57,360 bases of DNA, filler included, from Sphacelaria rigidula (GCA_964200075.2; 7 parts of 7 records of this genome joined end to end with filler, not necessarily neighbours in it); one strand, 5' to 3'; positions 34,509 through 48,864 are shown, counted from the first letter of the whole stretch. Numbers and translations: made by a program. Notes: generated by a model from the sequence alone, not told the origin.

Positions 34509-37343
34509 TGGCGGGTGGAGGCCGGTTCACGGCTTCCGTCCATCATACGGTAGGTCTTGTGCAAGAGTGGGGCCTCGTGGCTCCGGTATGTTTTCACCAG
34601 GAAAAATGATCCATGGCTAATCGGTGTCTTGCAGGTAGGACAGGGTGGCGGGTAGACGGGTGAACGGGTAGGCGGCTCAGGTATCAAGGCTGGTGCGGAG
34701 ATAGAGTTTCTGATTTTTTGTTCTGGTTTTTGTATTTTTGTATAAGTAAAGGGAGGTTCACACATGACCGGATGTCGAACAAGGCAGCAGTCATGGTGGG
34801 ATGCATGGCGACTTTTGGCCACGATTCTTGTGTGCGGCAGCGCTGTTCCTTTCCTCAGTTCCTGCCTCAGTATCGCGGGAAGTTGGTGGATGACAAGGCG
34901 TCCCGAGAGGAGCAGGTAATGATGGCGTGTGAGGAGGGATGGGTATCAACCAGAAGTCTCGTGCGGGGGCGGGGCTTCCCAACAATGTGCTTCTCCCAAG
35001 AAGTATTAGTGCGTGACCGAACGAGACAGATCATAGTGGAATGGTGGCCGGAAGCGTTGGGCATTTGAATATCACGTGCTGGGTCTTGCGTCTGAGAAGC
35101 CCACCAGATATATCCACCAATGGGTTCCTTGGATCTTGTGCTTTTTGCGTCCGGTTTTTCCAACACTCTTTTGCTCGATTTGTCGGTTGACGTGATGAGT
35201 GTGGCCGCGCTAAGTATGCGTATGCTGTCGACCCGTATTTTTGTTGTAGTTGAAGTGTGCTCCCGGTGCGCGTGGTGGTGTTGATTTCGTGTTTTGGCTT
35301 GCCCTGGGTTTTACGATTTATTTGGCCACTCTTGAGGTAACGGGGAGACGCAGCGGTGAAGTCTTTGTTTCGGCTCCACGTCTACGCTGGATAGTCCTGA
35401 CCGCTCTTCCCACAACAGCCTCCAGGAACACGCACTATCACCACCACTGAGCTGTGGGCCGTGAAGAGAGGTCCTACTGTAGTAGTTTCGATCTGAAATA
35501 GAGCATTTTGTGGGGCTGTGAACTGAACCACCAGTGTATATTGTTGATCGGACTGGAACGGGAGTTCAACTGGAACTGGCGACGAGGGCGCCAGTTTATC
35601 CAGTTTATTTGAGTTTTTCCGCTACCGGCTAGTTTATAGCAACTTTAGTATGGTGATTTGATAACAAAACATGTTTGCACCATCATGTACAATGTGACTG
35701 TAAACTTGAGGCCTGCACTTCATAGTTGCCGAGGATTATGGGGCATCCATTGAGACGGAGGACGCTTCGAAGCCGTCGACGACAGTTGCCTACCTCGATG
35801 ACGCATGAGGCAGCGGTACACAGCTTCATGCTTCGTCTTCCCCGTTTCGGTCGCCTTGTAAAGCATAGGTCTGGCGTCCTGTGGTAATACCATAGCCCAT
35901 GAAGAACGGGTTTGCCCTGGGCCAGTCACTGGCTGACTACTTCAGGTGTTTTCTGCTCGTTTTTTGGCCCGTCATCTTCGTTGGTACCTCGCGGTTCTGC
36001 AGTTTTCCGGGTTTTTTTCGGCCGTGGCGTGTAGGTCGACGGCTGATCCGTCGAATGAGGAAAATGAAGAAGGAAAAGGGACTTGTGACTCGCTGTATGT
36101 ACGGCGGGGAGCTTGGTGCTGAACTGCCGAACTCCCAACCCAAAATGCCAATTACCAATTGCATGGCGAAGAGCGTTTTGGACATGATGCAGCACATGCT
36201 CACTACACCTCGAAGTGATATAGCGGACATATGCCAAGGTTGGTCGTTTCATTGCACGACATCCGAAAACATAGTCGATAACAAACGGTAATCCGCAAAT
36301 ACAATATTCAAGACAAACAATTACTTCATGCTGTTCATCTACATGCGAGCGCGTTCGTCGACCCGCATGTGGTAAGGTTTGTGCTCTCATCCCCACATCA
36401 GATACATGCTGCCAGCCTTGCCTTGCTTGTTGCCATCCTCCGCTCATCACGGAGAGTCTCTGCTGCATGCTACAGATGAATGTCTCTCGAATCGCGCACC
36501 GCTTTGAATGGGATTTCGATGTCATCTAAGCCTCTCAGGTCCTCAATGTGAGGGGTCACATTCTGTACAACTATCCACGTTTTTCCAAGGGAGAACAAGG
36601 CAAGTACCGCAATTTTGTTTGCCTCCGGTGGCGCTCCCGCGAGGTTCCCTCACCAGCCGGGGGGGGGAACTGCTTGCTGCCGAATGTTTTTGACTGCGAT
36701 CAACTGGATAAGCATTCGATGTACTGGCCGCTGGCGCGGCCAGTCTAAACTTGGCCAGAGTTGTCAGTTCACAGCCCTACATTTTTGCACTTTGTTCGTA
36801 GTCGGCGATCTTCGATATGTTCTTCGCGTGCCACCGCTCATCCCAGCGAGCGGTTGATCCCAACGCTTGGGAGTCGCGAGATACTGTACTAGGCATCCGC
36901 TCCACATTCCGACGCAGAAGTCGTTTCTGCGCTCAATATGGAAATATTCACGAGCTGAGTCGACAGGGGGTGTTATTGACCGGATTTGGTCCGAAACACA
37001 TTTCTTTTCGACTCTAGCGCAATGAATAGATGAAGAAGAAATAATAAGGGTTCGTCAAATCATTCATGGGAACGACCGGAATTGGTTCACCCCCGCATGT
37101 GCTATGCAAAGCTCGGTTTGGCGATTTTAGTCTTTGAGTTTTCTTCTGATTTTCCTCGTGTAGTACTCGTCCTTGGCGCTTAAATGTCCTGGCGTTGATG
37201 GATATTGGAAAGAGAAGCAGACCATGCGAGGAACACAATCTTCGACTTGTGTTGTCGGGGTAATACGGAGTAAGTACCTTGTTCATCAGGGGGTGTTATC
37301 GACCGTCACTAGTGCAAAAACACAGTTTTTAGTCTCTGGCCCA

Positions 37344-37387
37344 ATAAATAGGTGAAATAAATAGGTGAAATAAATAGGTGAAATAAA
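37344..37387. repeat. Tandem 13-mer (AAATAAATAGGTG) x ~3.4
   Basis: Direct reading. Confidence 0.9.
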
Positions 37388-39600
37388 CAACTCCAGATCA
37401 TTTGTTCACCAAAACGGTCGAGATTGCTTCGATCGAGCAAGAATACTCTGTTTCTTGATACGTGATCCGTAAACAGGGACAGCTAGACACGTCTGACGAA
37501 GTCGATCAAAGGACACGGCTGAGCCGATCATGTTGTTGTAGAAGAGTAGTATTACACAGCTTGACTAAGCAAGTCAAGGAAGGAAAAGAAGGAAGAGAAG
37601 GACGAGAACTCGTGTGGCTACCCAAACCCGTGGTAGGCGGAGTTCCCAGACATTGCGTACGTGAGTACAAGACATACGCCTACCATGTTATCAAATCCCA
37701 CCGCATGTAACTGTCACAATCCGCGAAGACAGATACCTCTGTACCGTGGCTGATCAGTACTGTAGACTACACTGAAAAGGCTGTTCACCTTAACATACTC
37801 GAGGGTCAGAACCTCGGGCTGAGTAATGTCAGGACCCCCGAAAATCCATCAGCCCGTAAGTTGTTTTAGAATGAGCACAGGTATGATCTTATTTCGGGAT
37901 GTGGACGGGATACCTATAGTATCTCCTCATCCCCAAACTTTGAAATCAAGCGTTCCTTGGGAGGAGAGGTTGCACGCGAAAACACTTTCGAATATCCCCG
38001 GCTACGAAAAAACTACAAAAATGTCCTACTATGTCAGATTTGAATTACTGTACACCGCACATCAGAGCGAACCCGCCTGTTTTTCTTTACTTCTTTCGAG
38101 CCGATCCCAGCAGACACTCCGCAGCTCGTGTAGTGCGAGGGGAGCATGCGAGTCTCAAGAGAGGTACTTTCGGTAGGGCCCGAAACACAAACAAATGAGA
38201 GTCGGTGAGCTGATATACCCGACGACTGATGGAAGATATCCATTGAGATTCACTCTTCGGCGTGGTCTCATCGAACTACACACTATGGACGGAATAGGAA
38301 ACCCCAGTGTCTGGACGCCGGGTGGGAGGGTGTGGGAAACCATTTTTGAGTACGTACCCTTATCCTTCAAAGTTGTTCAACAATAGAGGTGCGTCAAAAT
38401 CACAGTTTTGTTTCTACAAAGTGGGGAACGCGGCGTTTATATCAATACATGCATGTTATGGACAAGGAAAACGCACGGCGTGTTGTCTGAGACAACAATT
38501 CATTCTTCTGTCCGAATAAACACACATCTACGACCTCGTGCGAACTTGTTTCACGGAACGACTACAACCCTCACATAAGCAATACGTGGGGGACAAGAGC
38601 ACGGCCGTGATGATGCTATTACCCTCTTCCCCTCCCGACAAAGCAGGAAACATCAAACTGATGGGATCGGCGAGCATCGTTGCTTTCGCTTTATAACGTT
38701 GCTTCCTCCAGACCTACTGTTGGCGGGTTATCGACGGTAGTGCAGATTCCGGAAATGCGCCGGGGTTCGGTAGGTAGGTCGGACGTGAGCCTTGTTGCTG
38801 TATGGAGGGCGTGCAGCACAGCGGAGGAGCGCGGTGTGTGCTGGCGGCGCACGCCTCCTTCAACACACGACCATTAGCCATGGTGTAGTCCGCTTGGTCT
38901 ATGGTGTCACAGACACCAGCAGTCACCATATATCAGCAGCAGTTTCTTCGGCTGATGATGGGGTCCTGTAGAAGGATCAGATTATCGCAATTAAACCAAG
39001 CTCCGCGGGCAACGAATCACACACTCAACCCCACGAATACAAACTTTACTGGTAGTACACATACCCACGGAGCTAACAGTCGGCGCTGACTGATAGCAGC
39101 CCCTCCCCCCCTGCGCGCCGCCCTCTCCCGTTAAAGCATAGAAGCCCCTGGACTGCCAGCCGGCAATACTATTATTCTGAGACGATGCAAGAGATCAAAG
39201 GGTTTAATTATGTGGGTGGTCCATACCGCAAATCCATTCCCCATCTGCAAATCCCGCATCACGCTGTAATGCATGGGAGGACCACGTGCTTTCTGGACCG
39301 CATCGGAGTTCAAAACACACGGCGAGCGACGTTTTTCAAGGCCGCTCGGTCCAGTCCCCGCAGGGGCCGCGCCCCTGATCCTGACCCTAACACTAACCCT
39401 AGCCGTTGAAACTCTCCCCTCCGGAACGGGGGAAGGGGTGGCTGGGTATCCCAAATTCCGGAGCACGGGTACCGTTCTCATTTCCGAAAACACTTACAAC
39501 AAGAAAAACACGCTGTCGCACAAAAATGCAGAAACTTCTCATTTCTCCACGGTCGTACTACGGTCAATACACGCTTTACTCCTTGGCTCAGGCTTAGGAT

Positions 39601-40782
39601 AGATGGCTTATACAATTTATTAGAGAACACCCAAGGACTGCTATAACTCGGGAGAGTGTAAAAGAGAGGGAGAAGCAGACAAGTGATCGAGACGGGGCCG
39701 TATGAGCTGCGCGTCCACCGTACTGTACCACGTTTCACGTACTCGACCGTCAGGACTCGTACGTCACCCCGATCCCCTGTTTTATGTAGATCCGATCCGG
39801 CTGGGTGTATCTGAATCACATCAGCCTCCCCCCTAGTCTGATACCTCAGTCCCTAAGGCTCTGTCTTGAAACACACACATAAACATATATAAAGAGGAAA
39901 CTCGGTCATCCAAGCAACCCCACCCCTTCCCATCAACTCCAAGACGTGTGCTCAAAACTCCGACAGTTCTTTATTGTGGACGCCCAGGCCAGGGCACATG
40001 CACGTTATACCGGGAAACGCCCTACAAACCCAATCCCATGTCCCACGACGTAGCGTGAGCGCCTTCACCCAACATACGCACAAATGCAATACGGAAACCA
40101 TGACCTGACCTGACATGCCTAGAGCTAGCAAATCGACAGTCCACACATTCCCGCTACCCTGGTATACGATCGCCTGCCCACCTTTTTCTTCGGGTAGTCG
40201 GCGTTGTAGTTCACAGAATGTTCATTTTATCCTGAACTGAACGTTAAACCGTAGTTCTTAGTCCTTTTTAGGTACGCTAAGGCTTTCAGTACTACTTCCC
40301 GGTGCTTCGCGCATGGATCATGTGACTGTTTCCACTTGTGCTCTCGCCAGCAGATTCTCTGCTTGCACCAGCGGGTATTTCTCTACCTCGTCCACTATCC
40401 CCGCTTCTGCGCAGTTAATCGCGATTTGTGACCCTTTCCGGTCAACTGCCGCCCTTGCCGCACTGCGCGTGCGACCTGCCACATGAGGAGGCAGAGACAA
40501 CTCATCGTTGAGCGCAAGACGGCGCAGCTCCGTTTTTGGGAGCTCAGGGGCTCCACTGCCCCCCCCTGTTGTTGTGGCCGGGGGTGTCGGCGGGTGTCGG
40601 CGGCAACGATGACGAGGGGTTGATGATGAGGCCGCAGGTGAATGCAGTGTCAGCGATGCGGGTGACTGCTCTGTCGGTGTTGATGGTGGTGTTGTCGGCG
40701 CTGCTGTTGTCGGCGTAAACAGTGGCGTTGGTGGCGCCACCGACGACGGCGGTATAGGCGGTGCCGAGCCCCGATCATCCAA
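39601..40782 (-). mobile_element. Truncated LTR-retrotransposon fragment (possibly copia-like): internal linker, PPT and 3' LTR (39601-39823)
   Basis: Minus strand AGGGGGGAGGC directly precedes TGATG..., with AATAAA near the far end. The upstream P/T-rich ORF with GRTRS resembles an IN-RT linker. No catalytic motif seen. Confidence 0.5.
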
Positions 40783-42849
40783 GGGATCTTAAACGGGGTT
40801 GCGTGAAATCTTTCCGCCTTCCCCGCCTCCGCACGGAGACAGTTAATTCATCCCCCCGACCCCCGCAACTCCCCCCCCCCCCATTGCTCCGTCTCGACAG
40901 GGATGCATGGTCAATGGTCAAATGACTAAGGCAAGCAACAAATGNNNNNNNNNNNNNNNNNNNNNNNNNNNNNNNNNNNNNNNNNNNNTTAATTAATTAA
41001 NNNNNNNNNNNNNNNNNNNNNNNNNNNNNNNNNNNNNNNNNNNNTTGGGATCGGACTAGCCGACAGTCGAGGAACATTCCTCGTGACTAGAAGTTTCCTA
41101 TGGACAGGACCTGTTGGTCTGGTTCTGGACAGAACCAAAGGCATGTTGGGTTCGCATAGCTGGGATTCACACTAATGCTAATAATAATCAGCACACGGCA
41201 AGAATGAAGAGGCAAAAGAACAACATATAATACAGTCCTGTAGGGATGAAAAAAACTGCAGAGACGACCATGACACGAGCTGGGCCAGAAAAGAAATCCG
41301 CACCCCTTTCCATCTTGTAATGTCGCAGTGAACTGCAGACAAATCTGTTGATGACACCCTCTGCCGCTACTCCATTGGCACAGTTTTGGCGATGATGTAA
41401 TGGAGTACAGAGTGCGTCTCAAATCGTGTCTTCTTCACTCTGTTTTATTGCTACTTTGTCTTTTATTCTCGTGTAGAAGTAATTCTCCTGTACCCGCGAT
41501 CGCAGATCCGCTGTTGTACAAAATATGAAATGCGCTGCTCAATGCGAAAAAAAAGTTGAACGAAAATTTCACGTTGACGTTGTAAATTTCAGTTTTTAGC
41601 TCTTGACCGAGACGTTCCAAAAAGGAATGTTTGTTGCGCTGAGGTATGAAAGTTTCAATATTTGTCAGGTTTTTGAAGTGGCCCTAAATTGATGTTTTTT
41701 TTCCTTTCTCTTTTTCTTCAAAAGCTCTGTCACGACCCGCGTATTGATGGTGTAGATCTCATGTCAAAGTTTCAGCTCTCGAATCCCATAAACAAGCCCT
41801 GCAGACCTGTTAATGCGAAAACGCCACCCGTGTGCATTCAGTGTTGTGCACTGGTCATCGCGGCAGCGCTGCCCTTGAGTTTATGTTGCTCACAACGTTT
41901 CCGGGTGATCTTTTGCGGTTCCTTGGATAGCTACGAACACGGGCATCTATGCAAAATACCAGCAGTGCATAACATTCGCCGCGGCTGTGAAAGATCTTGG
42001 CTGTCCATGATGATCGGTGCAGGGCGATGTGTGTTGTGAGTTCTCACGTATGTGCTGTTGGCAGAGATCTCAGTTTGGGGCTGTGATTACACGGCAGCGC
42101 GGTATTAAAATATGGGAAAGTACTTTCGTTCGTCGAACAAATTCGAGTGGCTGCATTTTAGATATCCTGTACACTTCTTCTCCCCGAGCGGAAAAGTTGG
42201 TACTTTTGTTGGCAGAAATGCTCCCAAAACCTGGTCTGATCGAAAAAATATCAACTGTAAGTAACGAAACACATGGCTGGCGACTTTTTTTTTCCGTGAA
42301 GCAGTGGTCAAAGAAAGAGGTTCAGGAGCATCAAAGTTACAAGGCAAAGAGATCAGGTATCAACCGACAGGGCGGGTTCGGAGCATCAGCTCCCGTGCAT
42401 CCCTCTCCCTTGTTTATCGCTATTGAGGGACAAAGCGAGAATCTCTCTCGGCCAGTTCTTCTTGGTTTCCTCGCGGGCTGTGGTCGTTTTTGCACCAGCC
42501 CCGTCGGCGTTTTCTTGGCAACTGGTAGCCCCCCGTTTGTGACGAAGGTTAGACTGACGGAGGTCTTATCGTCTTTGTTCTTCATGAAACACCTTCGCCC
42601 TCTTCTCCGCCCCGCGGTGCTCTCCGCCCCGCGGTGCCATGTATTCACGTCCTTAGCGGCGGTGGCACAATTCTGCGAGTTGTGTCCAAGTCCAGCTATT
42701 ACCTACCTCGTGAGAGTGGCGTCCTTCGTTCTGGTTCATGCCATTCAATTTCAAATGTAGCAACGGTATGGTTCCACACTCGAATGTCACGCAGTCAATG
42801 CCTCCCTGTGCTTTGCCGCCCCTCCCTAATTCGGCCTTTTTCCCGGCAG

Positions 42850-45800
42850 CTGCTGGATGCGTGTTGGGATGTCGAGGAAGTTGCGCCACATGTCCGGTAA
42901 GAAACCATGAGAGCATCTATTTGTGCCGCTATCCATCTCTGTCTGCTGCAGACCATTTCCATCCTACTTGCCACAAAATTCACGATGAGAATATATTGTC
43001 TCTTGTGTACTTCGAGGTGTTACGGCAAAAATCTCATTCGTCTGTCGGACTCTCGCAATGACATACGCTCACACATGCTTGTCTCAACAGTATGCCGAGT
43101 TGCTCCAGTGTTATCGTCAAGGAGATCCTGTCTAGATTGAACATGGCGGTGCCCACTTCTCGTGTACGACCTGCGACTTGTTGGGCTCATGTGTTGAATC
43201 TTTCACCCGATCTGCATGGCCCACGTTGCCTCTGTCTATGCTGTGTTCTTTTCTCGCAGGTGCCCGATGGGTGAAGCCCGAATCACACCTGGCTTCAGGC
43301 TAAAGGCGAAGTATGTGGTGAGTTTGGACTTGCATCGCTCATGTTTTGTTTTCTTGGTCTCATTTCTGTCTGCTTATATCGGTTGTTGATTATGTCCTTA
43401 ATCGGTGGCTCTGCGGTGCCCACTAGTGTGTGTCTGTATCTACTCTGCTGCCCTGAATCCCTTGGGCCTTTTTTTTTTTCCTCCTTTTTTTTCTTTTTTT
43501 TTCCCATCGCTTTATTGTATTGTATTTTATTTGCTCTGTACTCTCGTCTTCTTTTCCTTTTTTCTTGTTTTAGGTCGGTCATTTCTTTCTGTTCAATGCT
43601 CGTGTTGACTTTCTGTCATCTTTTTTTTGTTACGGATTAGTCTGCTATGTCGTTCTGTTCGACCCCCTTTTTTTTCTGTTCTTTCTTTTTCTCAGAGCGT
43701 GTTCCAGTTTCGTTTTTCTTGGGGACGTCTATCATGAGACCATGGCTGGACCCCTGGTGGGTCAGTTAAAGTGCGACAATCAATCAAATCAATCATTACT
43801 ATCCCCTCACCTTCCTCTGGACGTGTTCATGGCCATGAAGAATCAACCCATATCCCCCCCTCGGTACACGCCTTTCATGCTGGTATCGCGGATTGGATCA
43901 TGTCTGATTGGATCATGTCTAAATTCCTGCACGGCGTCGACTCCCGTTTTAAAGGCTCAGCCGAACAAATCCTCTCTTGTCGCGTCCTCAGGTTCTCAAC
44001 AACAGATAGCAGATGCTTCCAAAAAATAAACGAGATGCATCCGACGGGAATCGAACCTGCGTCTTTCCCTCCTTAATTGTGTCAGTTGTACGGTTAGACC
44101 CCCGGGGCGGGGCGGCATAATGTGAAACATGAACCGAGGGCAACGGGCTTGAGGATGCGGATTGGTCTGCAACCACATGTACCGGTCGATCATAACTTTG
44201 GCGAGAAGCATAAGAAGTGTACGGTAATGAACGTCGTTCGGCTACCTCCATATCTCGTAAGCTCGCAGTCCTTTGAATGAGTGAGATCCGGCGGATGGTT
44301 TGTACTTTCCTTGACAGTTCTCCCGTTTCCTTATCTCGACGATGCTGTGTTGCTCTCATCCGTGCGACCGCAGATCCACACCGTGGGTCCGATTTACGAT
44401 AGCCACGAAGAGTCATCCCCGTTCCTCGCGAATGCGTTCAAGGTGAGAAAGTAACAGCGTGCGCCTTGTAGAAGTTGGCCTTGCAATGTGCTGCCTTGAC
44501 AAAGCAAGTTCTGCGTGTGCTCTCAGGATGAGTTCGCCGAAAACAATACTATTTTGGGTGCGATGATATCGGCTCGAGCGAGTATTAATACTTGTGTTGT
44601 GCTGTAAGCGCAGTCTCATGGCATGGTGATGTGGTATGTGGGTTTTCACCCTCTCATTTTCCCAGATGAAACGGTTGAATCATGGACCAACAGATCGTAT
44701 GCTGCTCATGTTTTCGGCCGGTAGAGCATTTCCACACCAGGGGTATGCTGAGTCGATTCCAACATGACCCGTACTAGTCATTCGCTTTGAGGTGTCGTAC
44801 TAGTCATTCTTATACCAAAACCGCCTTGTCTTGATACGTGACGTGGGAATAACTGCCCGCTCTGCACAATGGCTCCAACAATGGGTGGCGTCCTTGTTCC
44901 CTTTGCCTACTGTCAATTATTTTGTGGATGGCAGAACTCGTTGCTATTGCTCAAGGAGAAGGGGCTGAAGACCGTCGCGTTCCCGGCTATATCTTGCGGC
45001 ATTTTTGGGTATCCACAAGCCGAGGCAGCGAAGGTAGTGGCGGTATCATGAAAGGAATGAATAGATTCGATGGGTTGTCATACGTTAACTGGTCCACCGG
45101 GAGTCATGATTCAGCCGTGGTATGGTCATGATCCACATGATGGATGTACCCGAGGTAAAACAAAACGGAAAGGCTCGCTAGAGAAAAGTGAACGAAACAG
45201 AAGAGTGGAACAGACGAACGGTTCTGCCCTACTCATGTTTTTTTTGTTCTCTTCTTATCCCACGTGCGAGTTTTTTGCTTTTGTTCAGATTATCCTAGGC
45301 ATGTCGGTCACGGTAGTTGCCTTTGGTGTTGGTCTATCACTTGAATCCTACAGCGGTAGTGCAATATCTTCGCATTGCCGTTGCCTGGTGGCTCTTGCTT
45401 CCGTGCGACATAATCTTCGCTCGTGAAAGTGGTGGACGCCATATCGACCAGCTCAATGTAAGTTGTGCTATACAAAACGCGTGTGCTTGACTTGAACAGT
45501 AATCTGTCACCCGGAAGTGTATCTCTGCTTGCGCTGGCATTGTCCTGCATTACCGGCAACGCCAGCACTACGACGTATGCATCTCTCGCGCACGCTTTTG
45601 TGTTCTTCTGCTCCTGGCAGGTCTCTATTTCAACAATCCTTGCATTCAGTGAAGACATCGACCTTGTGGAGTTCGTCCTCTTCGGAAAGGTTAGGCCCGT
45701 TCATGTCGCCGGGATTATTTTGTATACGTTCCGTACGAATAGGCCGTTCCATGTTCCAGCTGAAGACTTGGAAGCGACAGTTTCATGCGAGATCGTTTGA

Positions 45801-46961
45801 CCCCACGTCCTTTATTTTACATGTCATCATACAGTGTCATGTCACTTTTGTTGGCGCCCAACACCCTCGTGACCACCCTAAAGAGTAGCGTAGTCGTATC
45901 CACGTGCGGTGTGTCCAGTATCAAGATTGTGCGTGCGCCAACCTGCATGATCCAAGCAACGGAGTTGATTTTCGGAGTGCCCACTTTCCAAATTTAAAAT
46001 AAAATAGAAAATGCACATGGGAGACCTGCAAATAAAGAGAAAAATGCCCTGTTTTCTGTGAAGAATAGACCCTAGTGGAGTATGATTGCAGTTGATGTCG
46101 TCCGTGACGTGACCACTCCTCTCTGTCCCCAAGACGAAAGTGGCTCACTACTGTTGCAACAACATTCTTGCTACTGATATGGGACACCTTGTCGCTGCAA
46201 AGGATACCTACGAGCCCTTCGTCGCTGAAGCTGCTGGAACACTCAAGAGGGTGCCGGAGTCAGGAGGTGATGATGCCAGCGACGGCGGGGAACGTGTCAA
46301 AGAACAAGATCAAAATCCCGCAGGTGGGGACGAGGAAGGTCCGGCCAGCGCTTCGAACAACCCGCAGACAGCAGCGTCCGAATCAGAGGGGATTCATTCC
46401 TCGAGTTCAGCACCGGCTAAGTCGGAGTCGGTCGCTGATGTTGACGGTATGGACATGACCGCCAAATCGAAACGTGGAGAGGGGGATGAGGGTCATGAAG
46501 AACCCGAATCGAAGATTCACAAAGGCGAACAGACAGCGGTTGGTGAGGGAGAAGCGGGGGCTGGGCAGTTGAACGACTCATCCGCCAGCAAGGACGAGCG
46601 GGCACAGAGTGGGTCTGGCGAGTTGACAACACCGACCCCATCACAGACGGAAGGTCGACGTGATGAACCTGCCGCACCGAGGTCATCCGGGGGCGTCGTC
46701 TCCCCTACTGACGAGGTGTCCAGCATGGACGTTAGTGAGACAGCGACTGTTACCATGGCGGGAGAAGACTCCAGTGAGAGCGCAGCGGTCGAGGCGGCCG
46801 CCACGATGGAGACAGATCTTCAGGATTCTCAAGAAACAGTGCTGATGGAGGATTCGCAGGAAGAGCCGCAGACTGTGGCAGGAGAGTCACCGAGCGAGGA
46901 GGCGGGTATCGAGCAGGGCTCTTGCTCTACAGGAGACAACGAAGCGGGCCAGCACCGATAA
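42850..46961 (+). CDS. MacroD-type macrodomain protein (O-acetyl-ADP-ribose deacetylase/ADP-ribosylhydrolase family), 5'-partial; exons 42850-42896, 43260-43317, 44374-44442, 44935-45033, 45621-45689, 46203-46961
   Basis: Phase-compatible GT-AG exons splice to [43 protein letters not shown]...AFK-NSL...TVAFPAISCGIFGYPQAEAAK-VSIST...VEFVLFGK-DTYEPF, followed by an acidic tail. Confidence 0.92.
44035..44115 (-). other. tRNA-like B-box-containing segment (probable degenerate SINE head) in a macrodomain intron
   Basis: GCAGGTTCGATTCCCGTCGGATGCA on the minus strand; no convincing cloverleaf. Confidence 0.4.
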
Positions 46962-47380
46962 GCGAAGTCAGAGGTTGGCAGCTTGGAAGCGGGGGTGACG
47001 GGGCATTCTATTTGTTTTGTTCACAGCGTTTGTTGAAACAGCACTTACATCCCCGATTGCAAAAGGGATAATGGTTATGTTCGTGTTCTCTATCATCTGG
47101 CGTGTTCGCTGTTGTTCGGGGCAGCGAAGCAAATTCGAATGTGGATGGCACCTGTACAACACCGGTGTCACGTGCTGCTGTAATTTGGCAGCAGGTAACA
47201 CACCGTGCAACCCGACGAAAAATCACCGCCTGCTCATCAGATCAAGCAAAGTAACACATTTTTTTTTTTTCCCTTTGAACAATTCTATGCGGCGTGCGTC
47301 CATCATCCGGGTGGGGGGCGGAACACCTTTATTTACCTTCTATTGTAGCCTGGTTAATAACACTCGCATCTACAAATTTC

Positions 47381-48864
47381 TTACACGCTGCCGCCTCTCG
47401 CCCGACTGGCCCCGCCCGAGGCCCGGTTGATATCGTCAATACTACCATTTATATTACTCGACATGTCCTGTTCCTCAAAGTGCGCGGGGGTTACTTGAAC
47501 GCTACCCTGCGCAGGTACGTCGGATACTTGGGGGCTGCTGACCACTCCACGCACAATCCCGTGGACTGTGTTCATGGGCAACGGAGCAGGTGGCTCGTTT
47601 ATGTCCACGTGCAGCACCGACGTCATTGTTGCACCACTTTCGCTCACTACACGGGTCACCTCTAACAGTGCAACTTGCTGAAGATAAAGGAACTCGTCGA
47701 AACTTTTTGTCGCGAAGAAGCAGACGATGGTGATCTTCAGCCCTGTCTCTGCCAACGCCACGAAGTGTATGCGGAACGGACTCAACAAGTCTACGTTTGG
47801 CATTTCCTTGAGGGCAGCCTTAATTCCCTGAACAACCTCGGGCACTTTGGCGTAGTCAGAGTACCTGCACAACGTACAGCCCGAACAGATATGGACCAAC
47901 CGTTGGGTGATGACAGCGTTCGGACATCACGAAGTTTTTGAGGTCACTACGCAAACAGACGTTCTGCATTGTTCACGACCAAAGCTGTGCTCATCTGCTC
48001 GCAATCTCAGTTAGCACTTCCGGGCGATACGGATAACAGTAATTCCTGCTTACTTGAAGCGAAGCGAGCATAAAATTATAGCATGATGTTCGCTTGCATG
48101 AATGATAGCATGAACATCGGCACCTCGGGACCTCTCTACTGATGTCATTTATACAATCGCACGCTTGTAAGATGAGATGTGCGAAGTTGACAACGCAACA
48201 TACCTGAGCTGAAAGCTGGATTCGAACTTGCGGTGAGTTATCCGATCCATGTTCGTAACCATCGTATCGGCAAACATGCCATTTGGTACGTAAGTCGGAC
48301 GTGTGTCTCTTCCCCTCATCCGGGTTTGGTACCAGCCCACACGCTCAACTCGGCCTTCGCATCTGCACGGCCGACGAAAAGTAGCAGGACGAGGATTAGT
48401 ATGTAAAGCAAGCGAGACACGACGAACACAGTGGGGACGTTCCAGGCATAGTATTGGGACTTTGATCCTCCTCCGTCATCCAAGACTTTCCAACCTTGTG
48501 CAAGACGACCGTGTTAGAAGACGTCGGACACACGCTCCTCAACACTGTCTAGTTTCAGACTTCGGACACACAGGTCGGTGGTACAACATTATCGGGGATT
48601 CGAGAGGCGAAGTGAGGTAGGTTCGAATATTGAGTACATAGCGGCGGGACGAGACTCTAATATCAGGCATGTATCCCGATTGGTACGGTCATGTCGGAGG
48701 CTACTCGATCTCAGATATTATGCAATGCGTCTGGCTGCCACACTCAGGGGGACTCAACGCACAGCTTACGTCACGCCTCCTCTTTTGAAGGTGACCATGT
48801 CTCCGGGAATGAAAGGTTCGGCGAGTAGGAGCATCAGGCCCCCGAAGAAGTTTGATAACACATC
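47381..48864 (-). CDS. MscS-family small-conductance mechanosensitive channel, 5'-partial; exons 48864-48770, 48362-48204, 47864-47381
   Basis: DVLSNFFGGLMLLLAEPFIPGD, GRVERVGWYQTRMRGRDTRPTYVPNGMF...VTNMDR, QLRYSD; phase-compatible GT-AG junctions. Confidence 0.93.

Noticed and set aside
42017..42760. 247-aa ORF upstream of the macrodomain exons
   Set aside because: Non-ATG start, no macrodomain N-terminal motifs and atypical composition; probably intronic.
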